Program-made: the position numbers and the translations under genes
Notes under the pieces: generated by a model
What the model saw: the letters and a program-made list of their open reading frames with translations, nothing else
What the model was told of the DNA's origin: nothing
Database searches by the model: none
NCBI RefSeq assembly: GCF_963921235.1
Contig: NC_086097.1
Coordinates: 162,504,001 to 162,568,000 of the forward strand
Length of the DNA stretch: 64,000 nt
DNA from: Mobula hypostoma
Lineage: Eukaryota
Direction of reading: 5' to 3'
In this document: positions 1 to 11,697 of the stretch, one piece after another
How the letters are laid out: every line of letters starts with the position of its first letter
Position numbering within the stretch: position 1 is the stretch's first letter

Positions 1-1070
1 CAGGTGAGTTCCCAGGTATCTGTAGTCCCGGACAACTTCCACATCCATTCCCTTCACGTCCTACCTTCCTGAAGGCCACCACCAACTCCTTTGTCTTAGT
101 GATGTTGAGCTGCAGGTGATTCAGTCCACACCACTCAACAAAGTTGTCCATCCCTCTTCTGTACTCAGCCTCCTGACCCCAACTGATACAGCCCACAACT
201 GCTGAATCATCTGAAAACTTCTGCAGGTGGCAGGACTCCATGTTGTATCTGAGGCCGGAAGTGTAGACAGTGAACAGGAAGGGAGATGGGACAGTCCCCT
301 GAGGTGCTCCTGTGCTGCTAACCACAGCATCTGATACATGGCTCTGTAATCTCACATACTGTGGCTGTCTGGACAGGTAGTCTGTAATCCAGGACACTAC
401 TGGAGCATCCACCTGCATCTCCATGAGCTTACTCCCTAGAGAAGCAGGTCATATGGTGTTAAAGGCACTGGAGAAATCAAAGAACATGATTCTCACAGTG
501 CTGCCTGGCTCATCCAGTTGGGTGTAAGCCCACTGAAACAGGGATATAACAGCGTCCTCGACTCCAATATGTGGTTGGTAAGCAAACTGCAAGGGGTCCA
601 GTGATGGGTTTGTGATGCTCCAGGTGTGTGCCAGGACCAGTCTTTTTTATGATTTCATAACATGTGAGGTCAGTGTCACTGGCCTATAGCCACTTGGCGT
701 GGTGGGTACTGGAACTAGGCAAGATGTTTTCCATAGCACAGGCACCCTCTCCAGGCTCCGAGTCAGATTAAAGATGTATTGAAAGAGCACGCACCTGGAG
801 TACCCTTGGACTGATGCCGTCTAGGCCCAGAGCCTTGCCTGGGTGAATTCTGCAGAGCTCTCTCTCTCCTTACCTGCTCAGCAGTGGCAGTCCATGTGTC
901 TGTGGTCGTTCTCTCTCCGGTGTTCTTGGAGAGAGACGGAGGGCAAGGGGTGAGAGGGGAGGAGCTGGGGGGTAGATGGGTTGTAGAGGGTAAACAGAAG
1001 CCTCCTCATCAAACCTGTTGAAAAACCCATTTAACTTGTTAGTCATGTCCCAGTCCCCTTCAATCACCTG
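1..1070 (-). mobile_element. Rex1/Babar-like non-LTR retrotransposon, degenerate RT region (runs off window start)
   Basis: Minus-strand translation gives RT motifs LQFAYQPHIGVEDAV, MFFDFSSAFNTI, TGAPQGTVPSPFLF and KFSDDSAVVG, with stops and frameshifts. Confidence 0.85.
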
Positions 1071-1479
1071 GTGTTTTTGTACCCGTTATCAAGAGCATAT
1101 CCCAAATGGTAAAGTATTTTAATGATGGATGCCTCTTTCTTGAGACATTGTCTTTTGAGGAAGTCCTCAGTGGTGGGAAGGTTTGTGGCTGTGATAGAGC
1201 TGGCTTTGGCCAACGTTCAGTAATATCTTTTACTTCAATGCTACTCTTTACTCAAATCCGATATTCCTTAGTTCCTCAAATACCTAAAAATTAATCGGTC
1301 TTTGTTTTGAATATACTTGGTGCTCGGGTAAAAATTTCAAAAGATTCACTCTTACCTGGGATGAAGACGTTTCTCCTCATCTCTATTCTGAAAGGCTCAC
1401 CCCTTTTTATTGAGATTGTCACTCTGGTTTTATACTCTATTACTCTGCACCTGCCTTTTGGGATCCGCAAGAATATTGT

Positions 1480-2848
1480 GTGTTGTGTGTGTGTGTGTGT
1501 ATGTATATATTTTTTGTGATTTTTTTTATTGAATTTCATCATCAAACAAACATTTCCACAAGATGTATTTCAGACACTGTACATATATATCATATAATCA
1601 TATTTGTCACAAATCTCCACTTAATACTTATCTGAGGTATATAGTTATAGAAAGGAGAGGAAAGAAAGAAGAATCGAAAGAAGAAAACTATGTACAGAGT
1701 CGGGAGTGATTTTTTTTAACAACATATTCATTGACTTGTGAGAATAAAATCAGGCCTACGAGGTGTTATGTAATTAAACCATTTTTCCAGTATGAATAAA
1801 ATTGTTCCAACTTATGATTAACAGATGCTGTTATCTTCTCCATTTTGTAAACGTCCATTGTAATTTCCATCCATACATTTAAAGTTGGGCTCTCCTGTGA
1901 TGACCATTTCCTGGTAAGGGTCTTTTTACCAGCCACCAGCAGTACATTCATTAAATATTTATTGCTTTTCAACCATTCTTGAGGTATATACCCAAAATAT
2001 ATGGTCTTACTCTCTAAGGGTATTTCACATTTAAAGATGTCTTGTAGGGCATTATGTATCCCACTCCAATAGTCTTTGATAACGGGGCATTCCCAGAAAA
2101 TATGATAATGGTTTGCATTCTGATTTCCACAATTTCTCCAGCAAACAGGGATTACTATCATAATGGGATTTCTAAGAGGGTGTAATAAAATATCTTATCA
2201 AATTTTTCCACCTGAACTCCCTCCATTTGGTACACTTCCATTGATACCTCCATATTATTGTCCAGTCTTCCTCAGATATTATTATCCCTCCTTCCTTCTC
2301 CCATTTTGTTTTAATGTATGAAGTCGAATGTATTTTAAGATTTGACAAACCCTAATACATGCTTGAAATTATTCTACTACCATTGTCTGAATTATATACT
2401 TTTCTGAATAGCTCTATCAGACATATACTTGCCTTGGTTACATTTTTAACCGTCCAATTAACATACTGTCGCATCTGTAAATACTGGTAAAAGTCTTGTT
2501 TTTCTAATAAGTGTTTCTCTTTGAACCCATCATATGACGCTCAATGGAAAATCATTGAGGAGAGGATACTTTCCATCCTCATACAGGCAATTTTGGCTGA
2601 TAACAATCTACAAAGTTACATAAATAATATTGACAACCTGAGGGTGAAATGGACTCTTAAAATATGGAGAACTATTATAAAAGAATATAAACTAGAGAGA
2701 GACATTGCAATTCTTAAATGGTGTGCATATGACTCAGATTTTACGCTGAATAAACTGGATGCTAGATTTAAGGACTGGACAGCTAAAGGAATAACAGCTA
2801 TTTGCAATATAATGAAAGAAGGAACACTGTTCAGTCTTGAAATGCTCA
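1480..2848 (-). mobile_element. 5'-truncated L1/Tx1-clade LINE with 5' inversion
   Basis: ORF2 C-terminal Cys/His motif CWRNC...HYHIFWECP (1766-2161, -). Inverted upstream ORF2 piece at ~2522-2848 (+). TSD aagaatattgt at 1469-1479 and 2849-2859. A/CA-rich tail at the left end. Confidence 0.85.
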
Positions 2849-2976
2849 AAGAATATTGTATATTTTAATGAAATCACTTCTCATTCTTCTACCCTCAAGT
2901 GTTTAGGTCCAGTATGTTTAAACTCTCCTCAAACTACAAAGCCATCATTCCAGGAGGCAGTCTAGTGATCAATCTT

Positions 2977-3290
2977 TCAAAGTTCAAAGTAAATTAGTTA
3001 TCAAAGTACATATATGTCACCATATACAACCCGAGATTCCTTTTCTTGTGGGCATACACAATAAATCCATAATAGAATCAATGAATGACTGCACCAACTT
3101 GGGTGTTCAACCATTGTGCAAAAGAAAACAAACTGTGCAACTAGAAAAAGAAAAGAACAACAATAGTAAATAAATATGGAATAAATATCAAGAACATGAG
3201 ATGAAGAGTCCTTGAAAGTGATTCCATCAGTTGTGGGAATATTTCAATGATGGGGTGAGTAAAGTTGACTTAAGAGCCTGATGGTTGAGG
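2977..3290 (-). mobile_element. 3' end of Rex/Babar-like LINE (ttcaaagttcaaagt tail family)
   Basis: Similar to the tails at 38083, 41520 and 45347, which are joined to RT C-terminal sequence. Confidence 0.7.
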
Positions 3291-3574
3291 GAAGTGGAAC
3301 TAAATCTGACCGTCACTTTCAGAAGGAATTGGTTAAGTACTGGAGGAACTATGTAAGAATTGAAGGGGCACAGAAAGAGAGGCAGGGAATTTAAACTGAC
3401 TGGTCTGTTCTTATAAACTGCTGTAAAGGGCAGATCAGCTAAATGACTTACTTCTACGCTATAGCAATTCTATAGAAGACATTGTTGCCAAAACAATGTA
3501 GGGTCCTGCTTAATATTTATCCTTCAATATATAGAAGTAAAAGATAAGTTTGATTCATTCTGCTTCTGGGACCT

Positions 3575-3690
3575 TGGGCCGCCATTTTTCCTACATCACA
3601 AGAATGACTGCACCTCAAAGAACTCCATTGGCTGTTAACTCTTTTGGGACATTCTGAGGTTACGTAAGGCACTAAAAGAATAATTATTTT
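3575..3690 (+). mobile_element. Ancient SINE 3' tail (Deu-SINE/L2-type tail)
   Basis: ttcctacatcacaagaatgactgcacctcaaag...cattggctgt...tttgggacattctgagg resembles the shark Deu-SINE tail, recognised from memory. Confidence 0.45.
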
Positions 3691-4774
3691 ACACTTGTTA
3701 CACAAATTTAATTCCCCCCTCCACCCATCATCTTTCGGCCAGAGAGTGTGGCTTTCTATAACTTGTTAAGGCATTGTGAATGTTGCCCCATTTGGACTTC
3801 ACCACTTGATAATGTGAACACACTCCATGGTCTAGGAATTGCTGTCGCTTTAGAGCATTTTCCCTCCTTTAATTGTTCAAAAGAGGCAGAGCAATCATAC
3901 TAGCTTCAAAATGACTGCAGTATTTTGCCTGTCATAGAACTGCTGCTTTTGTGGAGTTAGTTTACAATGAATAACTAGATTTGATGCTAAAATTAATCTG
4001 AACCTTCTTGTGTTGCCTAAGCTACCACTCTGTGAAATTAGTTTAGCCTTCACTAATAAGTGTACCAGTCTCTTCCAAAACTGTGAAGAGTTTGTTTTTG
4101 AAATTCTCTTCAAATTCACTTTGTATGCCTTCTTTAGTGCCAACTTGTCTTCCAATCAGTGGAGTAATCCAGACAGTTGGTAGAAAGTATTACACATATA
4201 TCCTTGGCTTCTTTTAAGTTAGTTGTCTTCTAAGTTCCCAAGGTCATTCATACACCAGCAATTCTGTCTCTGAAATCTGTGCTCAGTAACTTCACAGGTA
4301 ATAATGTGATGCTGGCCAGTTTATTTCCTGAAATCCATCAAGGACATAAGAAGAAGAACATCTACTTATTCAGCTCCCAATAGGTGTTCCTCAGGGGGGC
4401 AAATGTAGGCTAGATCACTGGAGGAAATTCCAAAGTTCCTCTTTGAAATAGTGCTGTGGGATTTCTCAGATCTACATACCTTTGGGGACACATGGGAGCT
4501 CTGTTGAACTCGGGTGGTAAAACAGTACTTCTCTTAGTGTTTGATCAACAGCAATTGTTATAGGCGAGATAATAATGAAGGAATGACTGCTGCTTTAATG
4601 ATATTCATTGAATAGTTATCTTCTTGAATGAAGCATTAGTCCATTTAATCTATCATCTGCTAATGTCATCAACAATATTTCCTGATGCATCTTTAACCCA
4701 TTTTTTGCTTCTTGAATGATTTTTCAGTTTCACTCTGAACACATCAGCACAGCTCTTTGGTTTGCATTATCTCC

Positions 4775-5180
4775 CTTCCACAGACTCTGTCTAAACTTCT
4801 TGCTGCCTCATTTAAGCAGTCAAAGGCCTCTCCCAACCTGGATGCTCTCTCTTCTCCCACTCCCATTGTGCAGAAGATACTGAACCCTGAAAACACAGAC
4901 TACCAGACTCATGGACAGCTTCAATCCTGCTGTTTATGACACTAATGAATAGTCTCCTAGTACAATACAATGGACTTGCCCTCACAGTCTTCACCATTAT
5001 GGCCTTTCACCTTTTTGCTTGTCTGCCCTCCATTTTCTGTAACTGTAGCACTTTATTCTGTATTCTGTTAATGTTTTCTTTTGTACATCTCCAATGCACT
5101 GACAAGATGAAATGATTTGTATGGATGGCATGCAACATTTTACACGTTACTTTGGTACATATGAAAATAATAAACCAATT
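4775..5180 (+). mobile_element. Degenerate Rex/Babar-like LINE 3' fragment
   Basis: Shares the accagactc...ggacagcttc...cctgctgt block and the ...aataataaacc tail with copies at 20760, 27265 and 58420. Confidence 0.6.
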
Positions 5181-8154
5181 TACCAGTTTACCAAATTAAC
5201 CTTTAGTTTCCAATGTCTTTGCTTCAAAAGTCATAGATTTGCAGTAAATTTTCCTCACTCACTGCTGATACAGGTCCAAGGTCCGAGAGCAATCACAGTC
5301 CTCCTCACAAGAGTTCAGCTGGGGCTCTGAATGTTATTTCTAACACGCCTGGTTTCCTGATCCAAAGCTGAAAGGAAATCTGTTGCTTAACCCTCAGAAG
5401 CAAAATGGTTGACTGCCGGAGCATATGGTGACTAAACAGAGAGCCAGGATATGGCAGTCTGAAAAAAAATCCTTTATAAACTTGAGAGGTACTAAGGGAA
5501 ATGCAGAAAGAATTTTCCGTGTGGGAAAATACCTTGGTTACCAGAGTAACCTTCTTTCCGCACGGAGAAGGCTAAGAGGAGAATTGATAGAATAAATAAT
5601 GATAAGCTATTTCCAGAGACAGGAGGATCAGTAATCAGAAGATACAGATTTAAGAGATTGACAACAGAACCACAAGGGATACAAGGAAATAATATTTTAC
5701 AGAGTGAATTGTTAAGAGCTGGAATGCACAACTTTAAAGGTAGCAGGAAGCAGATGCAACAATAATTTACAATAAAGAATCGGATAAATACTGGAGGCAA
5801 GGTACAGGGTTATGGGGGAAAAGCAGCGGAGTTGGATTCATTAGACAAAGAGCTAGCAGAAGCATGTATCTTTTTGCAACATCTGGTTAAGAAAGCTTTC
5901 TGAAAGCCTTTGACGGGATAGAGAAGGATGGAGCAGTGAGGGTTGTCAGGGATCAGAGCATAGTGATGAGAAAGAAGGCAGGGGAAGGAATAGTTGAAGT
6001 TGGACTCCTATTGTTTATTGGTTTATTATTGTCACGTATCAAGATACAGCAAAAAACTAGTCTTGTATCCTGGTAACATAATAACAATGCAGAATAAAGT
6101 GTAAAAGCTACTGAAAAGGTGCAGTGCAGATAAACGGTGAAGTGCAAGATCGCAATAAAGTAGATTGTGAGGCCAACTGTCCATCTTTCAAGAGTTTGAT
6201 AACAGTGGGATAGAAGCTGTCTGATGGTACACGTTCCCAGGTTTTTGCATCTTCTGCCCAATGGGGAGAAGAGGGTGATGTCCATGATAGGTGGATAGGG
6301 TCTTGATTATGCTGGTTGCTCTACTGAGGCAGCGAGACGCTTAGACAGAGTCCACAGAGGGGAGACTGTTGGTTCCCATGATGCGCTGAGCTGTGTCCAT
6401 TACTTTCTGCAGTTTCTTATGGTAATAGGCAGAGCAGTTACCATACTAACTTTTCTGAGGTAGGGTTGTGCTTCAGGTGCAGGATGGGGCAGAGATTCTG
6501 GAGGGACAGACAGAACACACTTTATTGTGCACTTAGCTAATAAGAACATGAGGACATGTAAAATAGGAGAGGGAGAAGGCAATCTGGCCCATCGAGCTCA
6601 CCTCACCATTGAATAATATCATGGCTGATTTGGCCGTGGACTCCGCTCCATCTACCTCCCTTTTCCCCATAACCCTTAATTTCCCTGCTATGCAAAAATC
6701 TATCTAATGTGCTTACAAATTTTTTGGTGGTGGGAAAGGGGGGGGGGTGTAAAATGTAGCAGCCCTGTCTCTTCACCATGTGTGTCCCTGCGTATAGATT
6801 GAAGAGAATGTGGGACTTTGGATTTTACTGTAAATGGAATTACACATTGCTGCTCGAGATTCTGGGGCCCATCATTTAATGTCTGATTCAAAAGATGCTT
6901 CATCAACTGCACTTGAGTCAACCTTAGATTATGTGCCTTGCATTAATTTTCTACATAAGAAAATGCACAATTCTTTATATGTTATTCAGCAACCTTTTTC
7001 AGGCCTTGTCCCACTACTTTTCAGATGTGAATTGACCTTGCAAAATTTCCACTTCACTCAAGGAAAGAAATGAATTCTTCCCTGAGTAAATCATTATAAC
7101 TATTTCTAATAGGATCAAATTCCACATCTCCAATAGTAGCAACAATAGGTTTTAAGGAAAACAGTATGCAAACACATTGACCCGGGACCCTGTTCTCAGC
7201 ATCTGTTGAGTGATCCTGACATGCTGCCTCATATTTTGTTGCTCTGTGTTCTGGGAGATGAAAGCTACTGGTACTCCTCGCGTGTTTGGGATCCGGGTTC
7301 AGCCAATGCTACTGACCTGTGCTGTTATTTAGAGCTGGTCAACTGGCTCATTCTATACAGGAGTGCCACAGCAATGTTTTGGGAGTGAGTGTCATTCTTT
7401 AAGAGAGAGAGGAAAACAATGAACAATCTTAAAATTATGCATATTGTTGGCTGTAATTTTATTACATTAATACACAGTGATTTTGGCTCCTATTTTAATG
7501 TTGAGCTTTAGGACATTGAGGGGTGTAGCTGGTGGCAATTTACCAGTCAGTGGCCTGCTATTACACATTTTGCCAGGGGTAACATGTCTTTAATTTCTTG
7601 ATAAACAATGTGGCAGAAGAGGTTCTATGGTCAGCTTACATTTGAAAAATCACCTTCAGTATTTCTTTCTCCAATGTTGTAATCAACTTACAGAGATGTT
7701 AAACAGTATATCACCTGTCATAACATTACCACCAACGTGTAAACAGTGTTGTTAACCAAGAAAGTCACTGGTCAATTTACACACAGCAGGCCGGCCAAAG
7801 AGCTTGCCAAAAAGCTGTTTATTGGCTTGGATCCTATGGAGAGCTGCCCTGATCATTAAAATTATGCCAAGGACCTCTTAAGGCTTCAGCTTAATAGTTG
7901 TTGGGAAAGTCATTCACAATAATTCTGTCCTGGACATCCTCTCCTCCTCTTACCCATCAGGCAGCAGATTCACACGTCTGAAACCATGTACCACCAGCTC
8001 AAGGACAATATCTATCCCACTGTTATCAAACTCTTAAAAGGACTTCTTGTATGATAATATGGACTTAGCCTCACAAACTATCTCATTATAATTGTGCACT
8101 TTATCGTTTACCTGCTCTGCACTCATTTGGTATCTTTTATACTTTATTCTGAAT

Positions 8155-8551
8155 TGCTGAATCAGGTTCGTGCATCCAGCCAGTGAGAACAAGAAAAGAT
8201 GACTGTGAATAGGTATATTAATCATTTATTTACAAACACTAAAAAATTGACCAAACATTCATATTCCCCAAGTTACTGACACTACAAAGCTGAATATTCA
8301 ACAATTGTACATTCAAAAAACACAGTTAAAAGTGTACACAGAGCATACCTTCCCAATGGTCATGTGGACCACTTGCCTTAAACAAAGGGAGAGAGACAGA
8401 ACCTCCCACATGTGCTCTCTATATACCCAGGATAGATGAAACTGGACACCAAGCGGCTAAGACCAATAGGAAAAGCAGCTGCAGTTTCTAAACTAACCAA
8501 TTGCAACAAGATGACTTTCGACAATCAGAGTAAGCCACCCCTCCCCCCACA
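8155..8551 (-). mobile_element. Probable solo LTR inserted in a LINE tail
   Basis: On the - strand it starts TG and ends CA, with two ATTGG boxes, then TATATA, then AATAAA in LTR order. It splits a LINE tail that lies on both sides (~7930-8150 and ~8555-8670). Confidence 0.55.
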
Positions 8552-9729
8552 GGACTTTGACTTTTCACCTTATTCTAGTTCAATTACTTTGTAATGATTT
8601 GATCTATATAAAAAGTTTGCAAGGCAAGCTTTTCACTGTATCTTGGTACACGTGACAATAATAAGCCAAGACCATTACCAAGGTCTGCTACTACAAGTAC
8701 CAGAGTGCAGAATGAGTATTTTACACTCAATGCCTTTCACTTGGTACGGGCAATGGAAGCACTGCCACATTTGGTTATTAGGGAGTTCTCCTTTGAGGCT
8801 GGCATGGTTACAAGCATGTGACCGAGGCAACATGCTCTTTATTGAGCTGTGCATTCCTGACCTGGCAATGTTTAACACTGAAGCTGGAGGGGGTGAATAC
8901 TTGGATATGTTCAGTGGTGTTGTTGCTCTGGCTGTTGGTCTGTGCTGATCTATGCCAAATGTTTACCTTGGGCCTCTTTTCTATTAGGCAGCCAACTACT
9001 TAAGGGCTAACTGGTGTAATGCAGCTTGTTTGTCTGAGAGCAAGCAGTAGCCTTTAGATTGTTCCCGGGAGTGAGAGAATGAACAGTTAAATAGAGGCAA
9101 TTAAGGCTATGAACATTCAGGACATTGTCTTTGTGAGAAAACAGCATTGTTTTATTTAAGATTTTATAATATTAAAAGGAAATAATTTACATCCAGAATA
9201 TATGTTGTATGTTCACCATTCCAACAAATGTTATCTTAGAATTGCCATTCTTTCTTATTTCAAAACCGAACAGCACAGCCCCAACAAGAAACAATATTCT
9301 GCCAATTACTTAATGGTTCTTAGGTGTTTATTATCTTCAAATTTATAATTAGATGCTATAACTTAAACTTTATCATTAAAACAAAAAGAAGTGGCCAACA
9401 TAGTCCGTTTTACAATGTAATCACTGAATCAATAACTCCCCTGTGGCTTGTGGACTCATTTGTGTGGAGGGTCCTTGGACTGTAACTGTGTAGGGGATTC
9501 TCATGCCTTTTCTTTATAATATGTCCTCCTACTCAGTTCAGCCGACTGGTCCTTGCACACACTGCCTTCAGTAGTTATTGAGAGATACAGCAAGGAAATA
9601 GGTCCTTCAACCCATTGAGTCTGTGCCAGTTATCGACCACAGTACTCCTACATTCATAACATTTTTTATTCACTTTATTTAAACCCCCACATGTTTTTCA
9701 ACCGCCCCCCCCCCCCAGATTCTGCCACT

Positions 9730-9930
9730 CACCAGCATACTAAGGGCAACCTACAGTCGAAATTAACCCACCAATCCTCACCCTGGAACATGGGAGGAAA
9801 CTGGAGTACATGGAGGGAAACCACACAGTCATGGAGAGAACTCACAAACTGCTCAGAAAGCACCTGCATCGGAATTGAACTTCAGTCTCTGGTACAGCAA
9901 GGCAAGGGTTCTACAAGCTGTGTAGTCCCT
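9730..9930 (-). mobile_element. V-SINE-like tRNA-derived SINE, degenerate
   Basis: tgggaggaaactggagtac...ggaaaccacacagtca is the reverse complement of the V-domain core. A similar copy lies at ~49960-50100. Confidence 0.6.
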
Positions 9931-11172
9931 GGAATCTCTTTTGGTTCTTGGTAGATTGACTCATGACAATCAAGGTGCAATCCGAGGATGGAGTATTATC
10001 AGTACCTTCTTGATTTATATTCCAGTGCTCATTAGTTCAATTTTCACTTGTTTAAATACCACTTCTTGCAGGTTGCTGGAGGAACTTAGTGGGTCAGGCT
10101 CTAAGTCCTGAAACACCCTTCCAAATGACACTGCATGACTTATACTCACATTTCCTGTACGTATAAGTTGAAGGAGTAGATATTCTGGCCTTGAGTATAG
10201 AGTTTATGTGATCTGTAAATGCAATAATTGGGAGCAAACTGAGGAATGTGGCAAAAGTTGGCAGCATCCCTACGTTAGGAAGCTGATAATGACTGTGACC
10301 TTAACCTTCCATGGGCAAACCAGTTAAGCACACAAGAGAACTTGTTCTTGAAACCTAAATAGCCCTCTTTCCTCTTGTGCCAGCTCCTTGGTACAATTTG
10401 GTACTAATCCTTAATTTTCTTAATATATAAAAGTCTATCAATCTGCCTTAAGTATACTCATCTGTTGACTCTGCAGAGTTCTCTTCGGTTGAGAATTGCA
10501 AGACTTCTCAGTCCTCTAGGCAAAGAACATTTTTCTCATTCCTGTCCTGAACAGCCACTTTCTCATTTTGAGATTGTTATTCTTGGTTCTAGACACCTCT
10601 GCCAGAGGAAGCATTATCACTGCATCTAGTATCTTGTCAAGTTCTGACAGAATTTTATATATTTCCTTGAGATTACCTCTCATTCTTCTAAATGCTAAGG
10701 TATGTACATGCCTTGTCAACTAAACCTTTCTTCATGGAAGAAACCCATCATGCCAAAACTCAATCTAATGCATCGAATGCCAGTCCTGAAGAAAGGTCTG
10801 GTCCCAAAACAGCGATTGTTCATTTCCATAGGTGCAGCCTGACCCGCTGTGTTCCTCCTGCATTTTGTGTGTGTTGCTAATACATCCTTGCTGCACTCCC
10901 TTGTTGGCAATCTAACGACCAGACATGTAAACAACTTTCCATTTGGGAGCTTGCCAAGGATCTACATAACTGGAGTAAGCTATCCTTACTTTCATACTGA
11001 ATTTTTTTGAAATAAAGACAAACATACGGTACTTATTGCTTTCTGGGTGCATTGAGGCTGAGAGGAAAATGGATCTGCCGTGATGAAATGGCAGATCTGC
11101 CTCAGCGGGCCAAATGATCTAATTCTACTCCTATATCACATGGTCTTACACCAGCACAGTCCCAATAGAATG

Positions 11173-11697
11173 GGATGTATGGGGTGTCCAGGGAGGGGTA
11201 GCACCTCTGCTGGTGGGCTTGTCGTCCTCTGCCCAGGGGCAGCTCATCCACCTTTGGTCTCCACCTGCCACCCAGCTCTCACCTGTGGCTCCAAGTAACT
11301 GTTTGCATGTACACGCCCAAGTACACCACCTTGGCAAGTGGGCTAAACCAGGTGAGGGTTGCCGGGAACCTCCACCCTCAGTGAGATAGGGATATGCCTA
11401 CCCCAGTAGGTGACGCCAGTTCCGGCAGACTGGCCAGATGAGATCAACTACAAGATCCAGTGATCAAAAAGTCGGTGCTGCAATGCTTCATGGAGAGCGA
11501 AGGGCATGACAAGGCACAGAAGGCATCATGGCTATCCACAGCAGCTGAGGAAGTCTCCAGTCATGACAATTTTTCATACCATTGGGCCAAGATTTTTGAG
11601 GCCGAGAGGGAGGAACTGTCCCAGTGCAACAGCTTTTTCACAATAAAACTCCTCCTGCACAGGTTTATGTCTTCATCGGAAACGACGGACAACCAAC
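11173..11697 (+). mobile_element. Non-autonomous retroelement, possibly RTE-derived
   Basis: GC-richer 525-bp block flanked by 8-bp TSD atagaatg (11165-11172 and 11698-11705), ending in an acaaccaac tail; no coding motif. Confidence 0.55.
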
